Assembly (NCBI GenBank): GCA_050084515.1
Contig: CM114271.1
Span: 13,082,001 to 13,146,000 of the forward strand
Reading direction: 5' to 3'
Length of the DNA stretch: 64,000 bases
Source of the DNA: Blasia pusilla
Taxonomy: Eukaryota
Below the pieces are notes generated by a model, which saw nothing but the letters and a program-made list of their open reading frames with translations, did no database searches and had not been told where the DNA came from. This document shows positions 37,934-50,152 of this stretch, piece after piece. Positions within the stretch are counted from its first letter, which is position 1, and every line of letters begins with the position of its first letter. The position numbers and the translations under genes are program-made.

Positions 37934-38935
37934 TGTCGCGCCCCTACTCTCCTTGAACGTCAATCTTTAGTGTTGCGGAAGCGTGCGTTCAGTAGGTCTC
38001 GAACTCATCGCCGATCTACACCCAAACACATACTCTCGTTAGTCGGGTTTGGCCAACCGGCGTTCCAACCCACCGAGTCCTCAACTCGGCGTCTCATCAA
38101 GCTCAACCTTCCTTAGTTCCTAGCTTCCAACACATGGCAAGTCCTTCAAGACTTGGAACAGACTTTCTGGTTAGTCCAAGGATCTGAAACGGCACTTGCG
38201 CGCCTAGCGATCCCAACTGTTCAATGGTCCTCGGGTGAGTTCCAAACCGAGACCCAAGTAATTGAGTCGCGGGGTGGAATCCAAGAGGGATGTCTAAAAT
38301 CGCCTCACTAGACTTGGTGCAGGTTTTCCAACCCAACCCCCAAACTCGCGTTCCGTTCCATGCCCTTGAGCCGCCCCGCGGCACCCAAAGTGGGGTTTGG
38401 GTTCCAAGCACTCTCGGAGACCTTCCCCCTTACTAGTACTTTTTGGGTTCTTCAATAACCCCTCCCCTTTGGGAAAAGAGGGTCGGGCCCTTCATTGTGG
38501 CCCATTACCCGACTCCACTTACAGTCGTTTTCGGGTCGTATCTCGGCAGCTACTTATGCGTTTGCAAAGATCTTTGGTGCGTTTAGACCGGCTCTCCATA
38601 ATCTTTCCAACGCGCCCTTATTTGCTCCAAACGCATATCGGAAATAAAAGTTATGGCCATAAATACAGTCGGAAACTCTCAAACGCTAGTGGCGTTCCAA
38701 ATCCGGATCTTCCCTTTGGCAACCCACTTCCTAGACTCGACTTCCTTCAAGTCTCATTCCGCGTTTGGTCCAGGTTTCTTAGTCGCGACCATAACCCCTG
38801 AAACGCGACTCCTCGTTCGCGTCTCGTATCTTGTCTCCTCTTTGAGACAACTCCAACGCGCAAACCATCTTAGCTTGAGCCCGCTAATGTTCCGATGTTC
38901 CGCTTGGCACTTGTTTGGTCATGAGGGTCGCGACA
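37934..38935 (-). repeat. 3' LTR of the chromovirus
   Basis: Direct repeat of 44285-45280; the adjacent polypurine tract (minus strand aaaagaggggtgag) lies at about 38936-38950. Confidence 0.95.
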
Positions 38936-39627
38936 CTCACCCCTCTTTTAGAGGTTGATGCCCTCATCAACGCAAACTTTTATTATGTCAAGTCTCATGG
39001 GCAGCCTACCCCTTGACATTGAATTGCGTTCTGGTGGCTAACCCGCAATTCCTCTTAGTCTCTAGTTGTCGCTTTGCCCCACTTAGAATTATTAGCCTCT
39101 CATCTTCGATAAGCTTGGACTAGTTCCAAGGAACTAACCTATCAAATAAGCTAACTAAGTGTGCAATCTTAGACTCTTTTGACTCATTACTGTAAACATC
39201 ACACCTGTTTACCTGGTCCACAAATCGTACTGCTATTGGGTCGCTCTCGTATTCGACTTAGGCGCATCACTAAGTTTACTTATGTGGCCACAAGTAAGAT
39301 CACCCCAAGCCCCAAGACAGACTTCATCTGCCCCGCCGACGCTAGGGCGAGCCCGAGTGTAATCCAACACAAGGTCCTGTTCTAGGTGCTTATCCACATA
39401 CGAGCTCTCACCTCAAATACTCCTTGTCTGTCCTCTTGTCGTACATTCTAAGCCTATGATGAACGATTCATAGCCATGCACTACCACATACAAATTGCAA
39501 TCAACACTGGTATCGAATCTCCAAATCCATACACTCCTTTATTGCAACACTAGCATATTCTAGTTACAACGGCCTTCGGCCCCAAGATTCCACTGGTTAC
39601 AAGTCATGTCTCTAGCTTCTCCTCGTA

Positions 39628-42600
39628 CTAACGTATGTGCTTTGCTTGTGTTTGCTTGAAGTCACGCAACAACTCTTGCGCGTGTTCCAAATCCACCTCC
39701 GCAATCCAAGTCACCTCCTTCACATGGTAGCCCTTCCATTTTACCAAGTATTCATACTTGTTGGCCCGACGTCTTGAACGTAAGATGGTCTCCACCTCAA
39801 ACTCCGGCTCTTCATTTACGATGACCGGGTGCGGTCTCACCACCTGTCTCCGCTCGAAACGTCCATTATCTTGAAGATATTTCTTCAACAATGACACATG
39901 AAAGGTCGGGTGAATCTTGAACTCGTCCGGCAGCCTCAACGTATACACATCCTCAAACGGGTTTGCCACAATCACATACGGTCCAAAGATACTTGGCAGA
40001 CGACCATGACAACTCTTCGGAAGAGTGAGATTCTTTACACTCAACCACACTTGTTCTCCAACTTGGAATTGTTCTTGGCGCCGACTCTTGTTAGCATGCT
40101 TAACGTACCTCATTTGAGCCTTTGCAAGACTTCGCCTCGCGCGCTCTTCCTGTTCTCGCATCTCTACCAACAAACCTTCGCCGCCGTTGTCGTGTTCATG
40201 CCAATGTAGTATCCTTCGAAGGGCTAGATCAAGAGGCCCTTCGGCTCGTCCATTTGCCAGGAGAAACGGAGATTCTCCGATTTGCGAGAATGCTTGGTCG
40301 AGTTGTAGCGAGATTCCGCCATGCTCACCACGACCCAATCCCGTTGATCAAGACCGACATAATTCCTTAAGTCTTGATTCACGATAGAGTTTATCTTTTT
40401 CAGTCATCCATCCGTCGTGGGTGGAAAGCCGATCAAACTCAGCTTGGTCTTAAACCTTCGAACAAGTGCTTCGAAAGCTTGGTAAACTTTGGATCCCAAT
40501 CTGAAACAATGCTCCTCGGCAAACCATGAGCACGGCACCAGGTATCGAGGAATAGTTGCGCCGTTGTATACGCCGTTGCGAAATCCACCGTCGGCACGAA
40601 TCTCGCCAACTTGCTAAACCAATCAACAATCACAAGTATAGCGTTGTATCCCTGAGATTCCGGAAGACTCATGATGAAATCCATACTCACACTTTGCAAG
40701 GTTCCTTCTGGGATCGGCAAGGGATGCAGCAAGCCTTGTTTCTTATCATAAGAGACTCTATTCGCTTGGCAGGTCACATAGGTCTTCACATATTGAGCAA
40801 CATCCTCTTTCATGTTGGGCCAAAAGAACCGCTTCGACAGAACAACTAGTGTAGATTTCTCTCCTTTATGTCCTGCCAAGGGCCCGTCGTGACATTCCGC
40901 TAACACCTTGGTTCGCATCCTGCCTTGCCCTACATAGATCCTACTCTGTTTGAACCTTAGTAAACCGTGCCTCAAACTTATGTTGGCCACCTTCTCACCC
41001 TGCTTCAACTTCCTCAAGTATTCCCCTGCTTGAGCATCCTTCATATATCCTTCACGAATCCTTCTTTCTAGATCTGTTTCCTTAGGGAACATTGCTCTCA
41101 AGACCTGTGTCGTCGATGACATGTGTTCCTCCTTGCGACTTAACGCATCTGGAATCACATTATCTTTACCTGGCTTGTGAATCAACTCAACATCCATCAA
41201 CGCCAAGGTATCATGCCATCGCAATTGTTTCGGTGTTACTCGATCCTGGGTCTCAAAATACTTGAGTGATATATCATCGGTGAATACTCGAGTCCTGTGG
41301 AGCCCTAGATAATGCCGCCACTTCCTCAAGCAATGTACCACCGCGAACAACTATTTATCGTGAGTAGGCCATCTCTTTCAGTATCGCTAAGCTTCTTGCT
41401 CTCATATGCCACCGGTCTCCCTTCTTGCACCAACATTCCTGCAACCGCGAAATCACTAGCATCGGTATGCACTTGAACGGTTTGTCAAACTCCGCACTTT
41501 AACATGGTTCTGCGATAGAATCTGCTTCACTCGGTTGAATGCCTCATTAACTTCCTGGGTCCAAGTCGTGTTGGCAAACTTTTCTGTCCAATCCGTGAGA
41601 GGTCTCACAATTCCCGAAAAGTTTTTCACATAAGTACGATAAAATTGCACCGCACCGATGAACCTCCTCATCCCCTTTACAGTGGATGGGGGTTCCCACT
41701 CGGAAATCGCCTTTACCTTTTCCATGTCTGGACTGACGCCATCAACACTGACCACGTGCCCCAAGAATTTGATCTTTCTCAAACCGAATTCGCTCTTCTC
41801 TACATTCGCATACAGTTGATTTGCCCTTAGCTTAGACAAGACCGCTCTCACATGTCGAACGTGCTCCTCTAGTGACTTCGAATAGATAAGTATGTCATCA
41901 ATATAGATGATAACATACTCATCCATTTCCTTGTGAAAAATGGAGTTCATCAATGTGGTGAATGTTGGAGGCGCGTTACATAGACCGAAAGGCATCACTA
42001 CAAACTCAAAGGAATCGTTTCTCGTCCTGCACGTAGTCTTCTCCACATCTGCCTCGGCAATCCGAATCTGGTAATATCCTGACTTCAAGTCAATCCTACT
42101 GAAATATCTTGCGCCTGCCAGCCTATCAAAGAGATCATCTATCCTCGGAAGAGGATAATTGTTCAACCGTCACTTTGTTCAGGTGCACGGTAATCAACAC
42201 ATGACCTCATCTTTCCATCCTTCTTCTTTACAAAGAGAAAGGTGCTCCATATGGTGACTTGCTAGTCCTAATGTAACCCTTTTCCAAGAGCTCACTTAAC
42301 TGCTTTTTTCAATGAAGAAGTTCCTCCTGATTCAACCTATATGGTGCTTTTGAAGGTGGTTGGGAACCGGGTATGATCTCTATCTTATGATCTACGGCTC
42401 TATGCGGCGGCAATTCAGTCGAAAGCTCATTTGTCAAAACATCCTCAAACTCCTTGACCACTTCCTGGAGTGGTTCTGGGACTCCCCTTGAAGCAATGTC
42501 ATGATCTCTACGTATACTGCTTATAGCCTCCTCCACTTGTCTCATTAAGCAGAGGAATCCATCCTCCAACTCAGTCATGCTCCTCCTTGTGATCGAGTTC

Positions 42601-44141
42601 ACCAACTCCATTTTCGCTGGAACCTCACGGACCAACCGCACCTGTAACCGTTTGCCTTTTAGCAAGACGCTCAACCTCAATGGTCGGCATCTTAACTCCA
42701 CCTCATACGCATCTAGGAATGTATTCCCCAAAACTCCGTCAATGCCATCCATTTCGCACACAGTGAAATTCTCCTTCAACTCGAATACCCCGCATCCTAC
42801 TGTCAAACCCAAGACCAAATCAGAAGTCCGATGAGACTTGCCTCCTGCAAATCCCACTCGGATGGGCTCGTCCGCCTTAGAGGTAGACAGCCCCAGTTCC
42901 TTCACGATTCTCCGGCTTAGGAAGGAGTGCGAAGCACCTGTATCCACGAGCAACAACACATCGCGATCAGCAATCTTGGATCTCATGTACACCAAATTGT
43001 GCGTCCTCTTGGTGATTTGAAGGGACGCTCTGTGTCGCCCACAACGGATGCTTAGCAAAGAAACGCAATCATACTCCCATTACTAACCTTCGGTTTCGAA
43101 CACCCTTTCGACAGGTGCCCCGGTTCGCCACAGTTGTAACATACGACCTTACCGTTCCCTGACTTTGAGTGTTGTCGTCCTTTCGGTTTCGCATGAAGTT
43201 CCACTCGTTTTGCTACCGGGGCAGACGACTCTCCTGGTTCGTGTTGGCCCCCACTCCAGCCTCTTTTGAACGCCTCCTTATTTTTCGACTTCTTCGAAAA
43301 AACTTTTGACTCAAAGGGTTTCTGGGTTTGGACCTCATCGTCCCCAATCGCTCCGCTAGCTTCAGAAGGTCCGCGCACGTCTCTGGCAACGTCGGCATTC
43401 GGTAAAGGGCCTTTTCATCGCTCGGCTTGAGTCCACTAATGAAGATAGTCTTCTTTGCGTGTTCATCCATCTTTGGACTAGAAGTCAGCTACGCACTAAA
43501 CTCCCTCACATAGGCGCTTAAGGAACCACTCTGCCGCATCCGCACGCATTCCACCGTGTCACGCAACCCTTGGTACTCCGGAGTGAACCGATCCCCAATC
43601 AACTCCTTGAACTCCTCCCAACTCAGAGGTGACTCGCCGCCCAGATATTCCTCTCATTGAGCTGTCCACCATTGTAGAGCATGATCCTTCAGGAAAGTAA
43701 CGACTACCGTCACCTTGTCTCCGCCAAAGAACCTTTCGCGCTCTCATACAGCCTGATTCGATTCCGTAAGGAAATCCTTCACTTTCCGCGAGCACCCCAC
43801 TTCCGTGAATGGCGTGGGCAGGTTCGTCTTGCAGAGCTTTTTGCCCGCACCCGGGTTTCGAGTGGCCTCTAACTCTGCAATCCGCTTGCTTTGCTGGGAC
43901 ATCTGCTCCACCAACACCTTCAACAAGTCCAACGTCTGGCTCGACTCCGCCCTTTCCTCGAGTTTGGGCCCACCGCCCCGCTGGAAGGAGTCGCCTCTAG
44001 AACGTCCTCACGACTGGCGTTCAGCTCTTCGGGAGTCTCCGTCTCTTCCATAGCTTCACGGTCCGGCATTGGTTCCTCTCTTGGTTCACGTCGCTTGATT
44101 CGGCGCTTCTTGGGTTGTTCTCCCTTGATCGCCATTTCCAA
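39628..44141 (-). pseudogene. Frameshifted gag-pol polyprotein with a C-terminal chromodomain
   Basis: CYNCGEPGHLSKGC knuckle, protease LLVDTGASHSF, RT YPLPRIDDL / FGLCNAP / YIDD, RNase H, integrase HDGPLAGH...CQ / SMDFI, GPY..HPTFHVSLLK and chromodomain FEVETIL...YLVKWKGY...TW. The frame is split over several ORFs and the start is uncertain. Confidence 0.93.
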
Positions 44142-44270
44142 GCCAACTCACTCAGATCTCCTCCTCGTTTCTTGCGTCCCTCCTCGAGCGTCCGAGTCTA
44201 GCCGCTACCTTGAAATTTCCCAAGCGTCCGGCTGATCCCACTACCTCAAGTTCTCGCTCACCAAGGATTA

Positions 44271-44282
44271 GCTCTGATACCA
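44271..44282 (-). other. Primer-binding site complementary to initiator tRNA-Met
   Basis: Minus strand TGGTATCAGAGC, 2 nt inside the 5' LTR boundary. Confidence 0.92.
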
Positions 44283-44284
44283 CT

Positions 44285-45280
44285 TGTCGCGCCCCTACTC
44301 TCCTTGAACTTCAATCTTTAGTGTTGCGGAAGCGTGCGTTCAGTAGGTCTCGAACTCATCGCCGATCTACACCCAAACACATACTCTCGTTAGTCGGGTT
44401 TGGCCAACCGGCGTTCCAACCCACCGAGTCCTCAACTCGGCGTCTCATCAAGCTCAACCTTCCTTAGTTCCTAGCTTCCAACACATGGCAAGTCCTTCAA
44501 GACTTGGAACAGACTTTCTGGTTAGTCCAAGGATCTGAAACGGCACTTGCGCGCCTAGCGATCCCAATCGCTCAACGGTCCTCGGTGAGTTCAACCGAGA
44601 CCCAAGTAATTGAGTCGCGGGTGGAATCCAAGAGGGATGTCTAAAATCGCCTCACTAGACTTGGTGCAGGTTTTCCAACCCAACCCCCAAACTCGCGTTC
44701 CGTTCCATGCCCTTGAGCCGCCCCGCGGCGCCCAAAGTGGGGTTTGGGTTCCAAGCACTCTCGGAGACCTTCCCCCTTACTAGTACTTTTTGGGTTCTTC
44801 AATAACCCCTCCCCTTTGGGAAAAGAGGGTCGGGCCCTTCATTGTGGCCCATTACCCGACTCCACTTACTGATCGTTTTGGTCGATCTCGGCATTTTGCT
44901 TATGCGTTTGCAGAGATCTTTGGTGCGTTTAGACCGGCTCTCCATAAGCTTTCCAACGCGCCCTTATTTGCTCAAACGCATCTCGGCAATAAAAGTTATG
45001 GCCATAAATACAGTCAGAAACTCTCAAACGCTAGTGGCGTTCCAAATCCGGATCTTCCCTTTGGCAACCCACTTCCTAGACTCGACTTCCTTCAAGTCTC
45101 ATTCCGCGTTTGGTCCAGGTTTCTCAGTCGCGACCATAACACCTGAAACGCGACTCCTCGTTCGCGTCTCGTATCTTGTCTCCTCTTTGAGACAACTCCA
45201 ACGCGCAAACCATCTTAGCGTGAGCCCGCTAATGTTCCGATGTTCCGTTTGGCACTTGTTTGGTCATGAGGGTCGCGACA
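44285..45280 (-). repeat. 5' LTR of the chromovirus
   Basis: Direct repeat of 37934-38935, adjacent to the primer-binding site. Confidence 0.95.
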
Positions 45281-46190
45281 ATATCTCACTTTGCTTACAT
45301 GATTTTTGCTATTAACATGGGTCTAATATTTGCACTCCATTTACATGTTTTTTGATTTGAGCATGAGTCTTCCTCCAAGATCGATGGGTGTAATTTCCAA
45401 TCTTATGATCTGCTTGAAAACTATCCTCATGCCTTTTTGATTTTTATGAATATTTGCCTTTCATCACCACATTTTCTATTTATCTCCAAGCATTCCTTCA
45501 TGTACTGATTATCATTTTACCATAATCTAGTCTTTCAATATTCATATACCTAATTCTACTTGTGTCAATCCTATTTCTATCAGTTCATGTTTTCAATCTC
45601 TACTATTTGTCCCAAGTAGCCTTTGTTACTAGGCTAATGCTTATGTCCGCCACTTCATGTACATAAATTCTTATGTTCATTGGTGACGAGTTCTATCATC
45701 TGTCCCCAATTTCATTTCCTTCTTGTTCTTATGCTTTAGAAATTTCCGTAAGTTTAGAGTTTATTCATTATATGGCTAACCCACTATACTATGGTTGGAT
45801 TATGATCGTGTAAACATATCTAGAGTGATCTTGATGAGTGCTACGAATTCTAGCGAGGTTACACTCACAATTTTGCAAATTGGGATGATCACCCCTAAAA
45901 AATTCCAGTTGGAGTCTATAATTCTATCCATTCATCTTTAGATGAAGGTGAGGAGCGTTCAATAAAACTTACAACTAAGATAATAGCTCTCACTTATGTG
46001 CTATCACTTGAATAGGAGGCCCGTTTAGATATCTCAACTAAATTGAATGATGCAAAGCATAAGCTAAGAGATGTAAAAGATCACTTCAAAGATTTTTTGA
46101 AGGGTATTGAGAGTTATATTCAGATTGACCCTAAGCTTGCTTTGCATGCTTCCATAATAAAGTCACTCTTACATTAATATTGGTTCCCAT

Positions 46191-46831
46191 TGCCACGTCT
46201 TTTAGGATAGATCGGTGAGATCTAGTAGAGCACCTTCATGAGTAGTGGAGCACACGCCCAATAGGTCAAGGGTGACCTGTTGAGGCCCCGGGAAACCTGA
46301 GAGAGCAGGTTTCCCCTTCGTTTCGACTCATTTGGAGCCATATTGAGGAACTTGCTATTTTAGGTAAGTACCATTTTGAGTATATGATCGAATTACTATT
46401 TTTGGTAATTGGCTTCTGACCTCCTACATGAGGTCAAGAGCCAAAGAGGTGACTTGGGAGAATAGGTTACTATGGAGAGAGCTTGGGAGAGGGGAGGGGT
46501 ATACCTCAAGGAGAGAGAGCTTGAGAGCTCATTCTCTCTTTGTTGAACATCTTGGCATGAGGCTGCGGAGCTATGGTCCTTTGCCTTGTGAGTGTAACCC
46601 AAGCCTCTCCTTAGGAGACTGGGTTTGGTTTGACATGAGAGAGAGTGCACACTTTTGAGAGCTATGGTGTGAGATGGTGTAGAGAGAGATTGGATCTTAC
46701 TTTATTGGCGATATTTTAGTACTTCTTGTCTCGTTGTTTGGATGCCATGAGTTAGCATGGGATCGTGCATGTTTGTGTGTGTGTTCGGTGCCAACGATGT
46801 ATGTTGTGTAGCGATGTGTATGCGCACGACA
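46191..46831. mobile_element. Solo LTR with a 4-bp target-site duplication CCAT
   Basis: TGCCACG...CGACA termini flanked by ccat at 46187-46190 and 46832-46835; homologous to 29866-30503. Confidence 0.85.
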
Positions 46832-47779
46832 CCATCATTACATGTATTTCAATTTCTATTATTTTCTCATATTTTTAATCGTAAGTGATTTTGAGGCTTC
46901 TACTCCCTGACACTCAAAGGTGACTTTATGAACTCCTTGTTTAATATGCAATTCATGCCTAAGTTCGTTTATTTCTAGCTCCATCTCTTCATGATGCATC
47001 CGATTTCATGATCATCTGCACTTCTCTACAACACCCTCTTTTCTTTCCATATAAGAGTTGCCCAACATATATTCAACACCTTTCATCAATATCAACTCAA
47101 CCTGATGAAGTTTGCACCACATTCATTATTGTGTATCTCCAACCATCACTTGATGCAACTGCCACTTGGGAGCTTTGTTATTCTTTATGTTTATTATACG
47201 TAATATCTGGCTACATTTGCTATTCCAATCCGTACAAGCTATCACAATTGCAAGATTACTCATTCTATCCCATCATAACTTAGACTCTGCTTACATACCA
47301 GAAAATGAATCTTCTACTTCAAAGCCTCCTCAACTAAGCATTCAGAATCGAGATCGCCTCTTATCACTAGTACCAGTTAAAGCAATATATCTAAAATGAT
47401 CACCTTCATTACATAAGCATCATTATGGTAAATTGAAACTATTATTTCTACCATCTGATCTCTCAGTCTCAGAATTCGATTCCACTTCCTTCCGCTAAGA
47501 TTAAATTCTCAATTTTCCCATTGGAGATTTAAAAATCAGATGAACCTACTTGAAGTCTTTTACACACCTCATCAATTCTGCAATATTTCAACTACTCTTG
47601 CTATGCATGTACTTTCAATCATGCCTCTCATCCAGCCTCAATCCAATACCTGGTTTGAAGAGCACAACTTCGATCTATTCTATAGCTTAGTGGCTACACC
47701 ATGCATTGCATAGATCTAGGAATCTTTAATCCTACCCTATAACTTGTTGTAAACTTTTCTTCATAAATCTATTCTTGGC

Positions 47780-48392
47780 TGCGCACTTGTTAAGGAGAAT
47801 GTTATGTAATTGGGACTTGAGGATGATATCGAAATGTTCTCTTGCTTTAAACAGGCTTCCAAGATTTACACAAGATCATCGCTTTGTCAATTCTTTATAA
47901 TTTTGTACCTAACAAAAACCTTTCTTAACTCGAAACAATATAAAAATAGTATTGGTTCTTCTCGTAGAGGATCTCTTAGATGAATTATGTAAGATAATCA
48001 TATTATTTTCCAACTTCTTCATTAAGTTTATCTTCTTTCACCTAAATATGTTTGGACTCATTTGTTCATTCTAAAGTTCTGTCACATAAAAAAATCCCTT
48101 GTAATTTTTTTCTTGAAGCGTGCATTAATTATTAATATGACATTGTTGGAAGTTCATTATTATTTGCAAGATTAAGGGAAAAAAATTTACATTTTCCTAG
48201 ACATGTCCCTATCTAACTTCTAAACTTTTTATTTCCATTCATATATGCAAGAAGAAATATATTATGTAATTGTGAGGAATGAAATGAACAAGTTATATTG
48301 GGAAAGACAATTTTGGACCAAGGCTCATGGGCTATTTGGGATGTTATACATAATGAATTTAAGAAGACCTTCGACGATGCTCCACCATCTAC
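47780..48392 (+). mobile_element. Helitron copy 3: decayed internal RepHel fragment of the copy 1 family
   Basis: aattgggacttgaggatgat...tgttctcttgcttt matches ~3987-4030, cattgttggaagttcattattatttgcaagat matches ~4331-4362, and tatttgggatgttatacat...gatgctccacc matches ~4524-4580. Confidence 0.85.
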
Positions 48393-50152
48393 CGTCATAG
48401 TTTCCTTAAATTGGCTAAATGACGATTGTGTAGGTGGATATTTTGTAGGGATCTTGAATCTACTTAAGCTACTAGTAGTATGCAAAAAAATTTCACGAGA
48501 AACAATTTAATGATGTCCACAAGTATAATGTCCCTGATCTTTTCCTTTTGACATGTCTCCATTCATATTAAATCCATTATTCAAGGTAAAGTAGAAAGGA
48601 CCATAATAAACAATTGCAGTGACCCCATGGCGGGATGGAAGGAAGAATTAAAAAAACAATGGAAATCTTTATGTATGTATTTTTTAGAGTTATGTATCAA
48701 AAGGTGGATATGCACCCATATGGATTATAATCATAAGTGGATGCACAAGAATTTCTCTTGAAATACATGTGTTTTATAATAGCCCCTTTTAGTTAGCATG
48801 CTCGTTTGCACGCGATGCTCACTAGTAGGGGCTATTAGGAGCCACTCCTCAAGTAAAATTTAAATAATACCCTAATTCCCTAAATAATTATACCCTTCCG
48901 TAAAGTTTAAACAATACATAATCCTCTTCCATTCCTCATCAAAATAACACTCATTAATAAAAGTATCAATTAATAATTAATCTTAAGTTATAAAATTATT
49001 TTCCCTTCCCTTCAAATACATATGTGAATTAAGTGAAAACATTGCCAATTTGTTGCTATTTTGTCTTATCATTCCACTATTTTGTCTTATTATATACATA
49101 GGATGACCAATTAGAATATATATTAAATAAAAAAATAAAAAGTTATTTTGATTAATAATCTAAATATCCTTTTCCATTCAAATTCATTTTTTTACCTATC
49201 AAGTATTAATCAAGAAATCATATCTTGTCTTATTTTACATCTATATTATTAATGTAGAATGCCTCTTCATTTTGAGATATTTCTCTTTTTCACACATGTT
49301 TTTTTAGTAAATAGAATCATTCTCTTTACAAGTTAATAAAATTTTTTTAAATTCAATGATATATTTTAGATGGATAAATTCAGAATTATAATATATTCCC
49401 TGCATGTGATTTTTTCCCACCCTCAAGAATTGAAATATAATACTATGTTGGCCATAATAAATATTAGAATATAAACATATTTTCTTAAAACCTGTGGTTA
49501 ACCCAATATAGATTATCTTATAATGATGTCCCACGACGATTTAACAAACGCCACCGTAAAAGAAATCTTATAAGATAAATGGATATTTTTTCCACCTACC
49601 ATTAACTGTCGGCCTTACTGACTCTACTGTAGCTAGAGGAACCTATGATGTCAACCCTAATACCCCTTCAAAGTACCTTTTCCCTCCATGCATCTAGAGC
49701 TTCTTTCGATCATGCTTTGTCTGCTCTCCCATCAGTGGCCAGACTGAATTTGGAAAATCTCATCCCTCATCGGGTTTCTTCTAGACTTCGTAGCGATCTT
49801 CTGTGAATTTATATCATATGTGCCGTGTTGGCCGGTGCAATGGGTCAGTGTGGATGGGAGGTGATAATGTGCATTCTTTGATGGTGACTGTTGCAATTGT
49901 TCCAAAACCCTAAACCCTGCAAAATATGATCTGGTCCTGTCAGAAGGAACTCTCCGATGTGAGGGGGAGCTCAGAATGAGCGTGTGATTTGAGTTGAAGT
50001 GATCGGTGGATGAATTCGGATTGTGTCTGTGTGTAAGAGAGCGAGAGGGCATGAAGCCCTTACGTGAACACGGAGGTCTGGAATGGTGAGGATTATCGCG
50101 TTTGGTGCATGGTGGGGGAAGTGCAGTGAGTGGCGAATTGCCGCTATCTGCC

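Larger units (their letters stand above)
37934..45280 (-). mobile_element. Full-length Ty3/gypsy chromovirus LTR retrotransposon
   Basis: Two ~1-kb LTRs TGTCGCG...CGCGACA, ATATC target-site duplication (37929-37933 and 45281-45285), tRNA-iMet primer-binding site, polypurine tract, and gag-PR-RT-RH-INT-chromodomain order. Confidence 0.97.

Noticed and set aside
38103-38958. ORFs within the LTRs (also 44210-45315)
   Set aside because: Non-coding LTR sequence; the frames differ between the two LTR copies.
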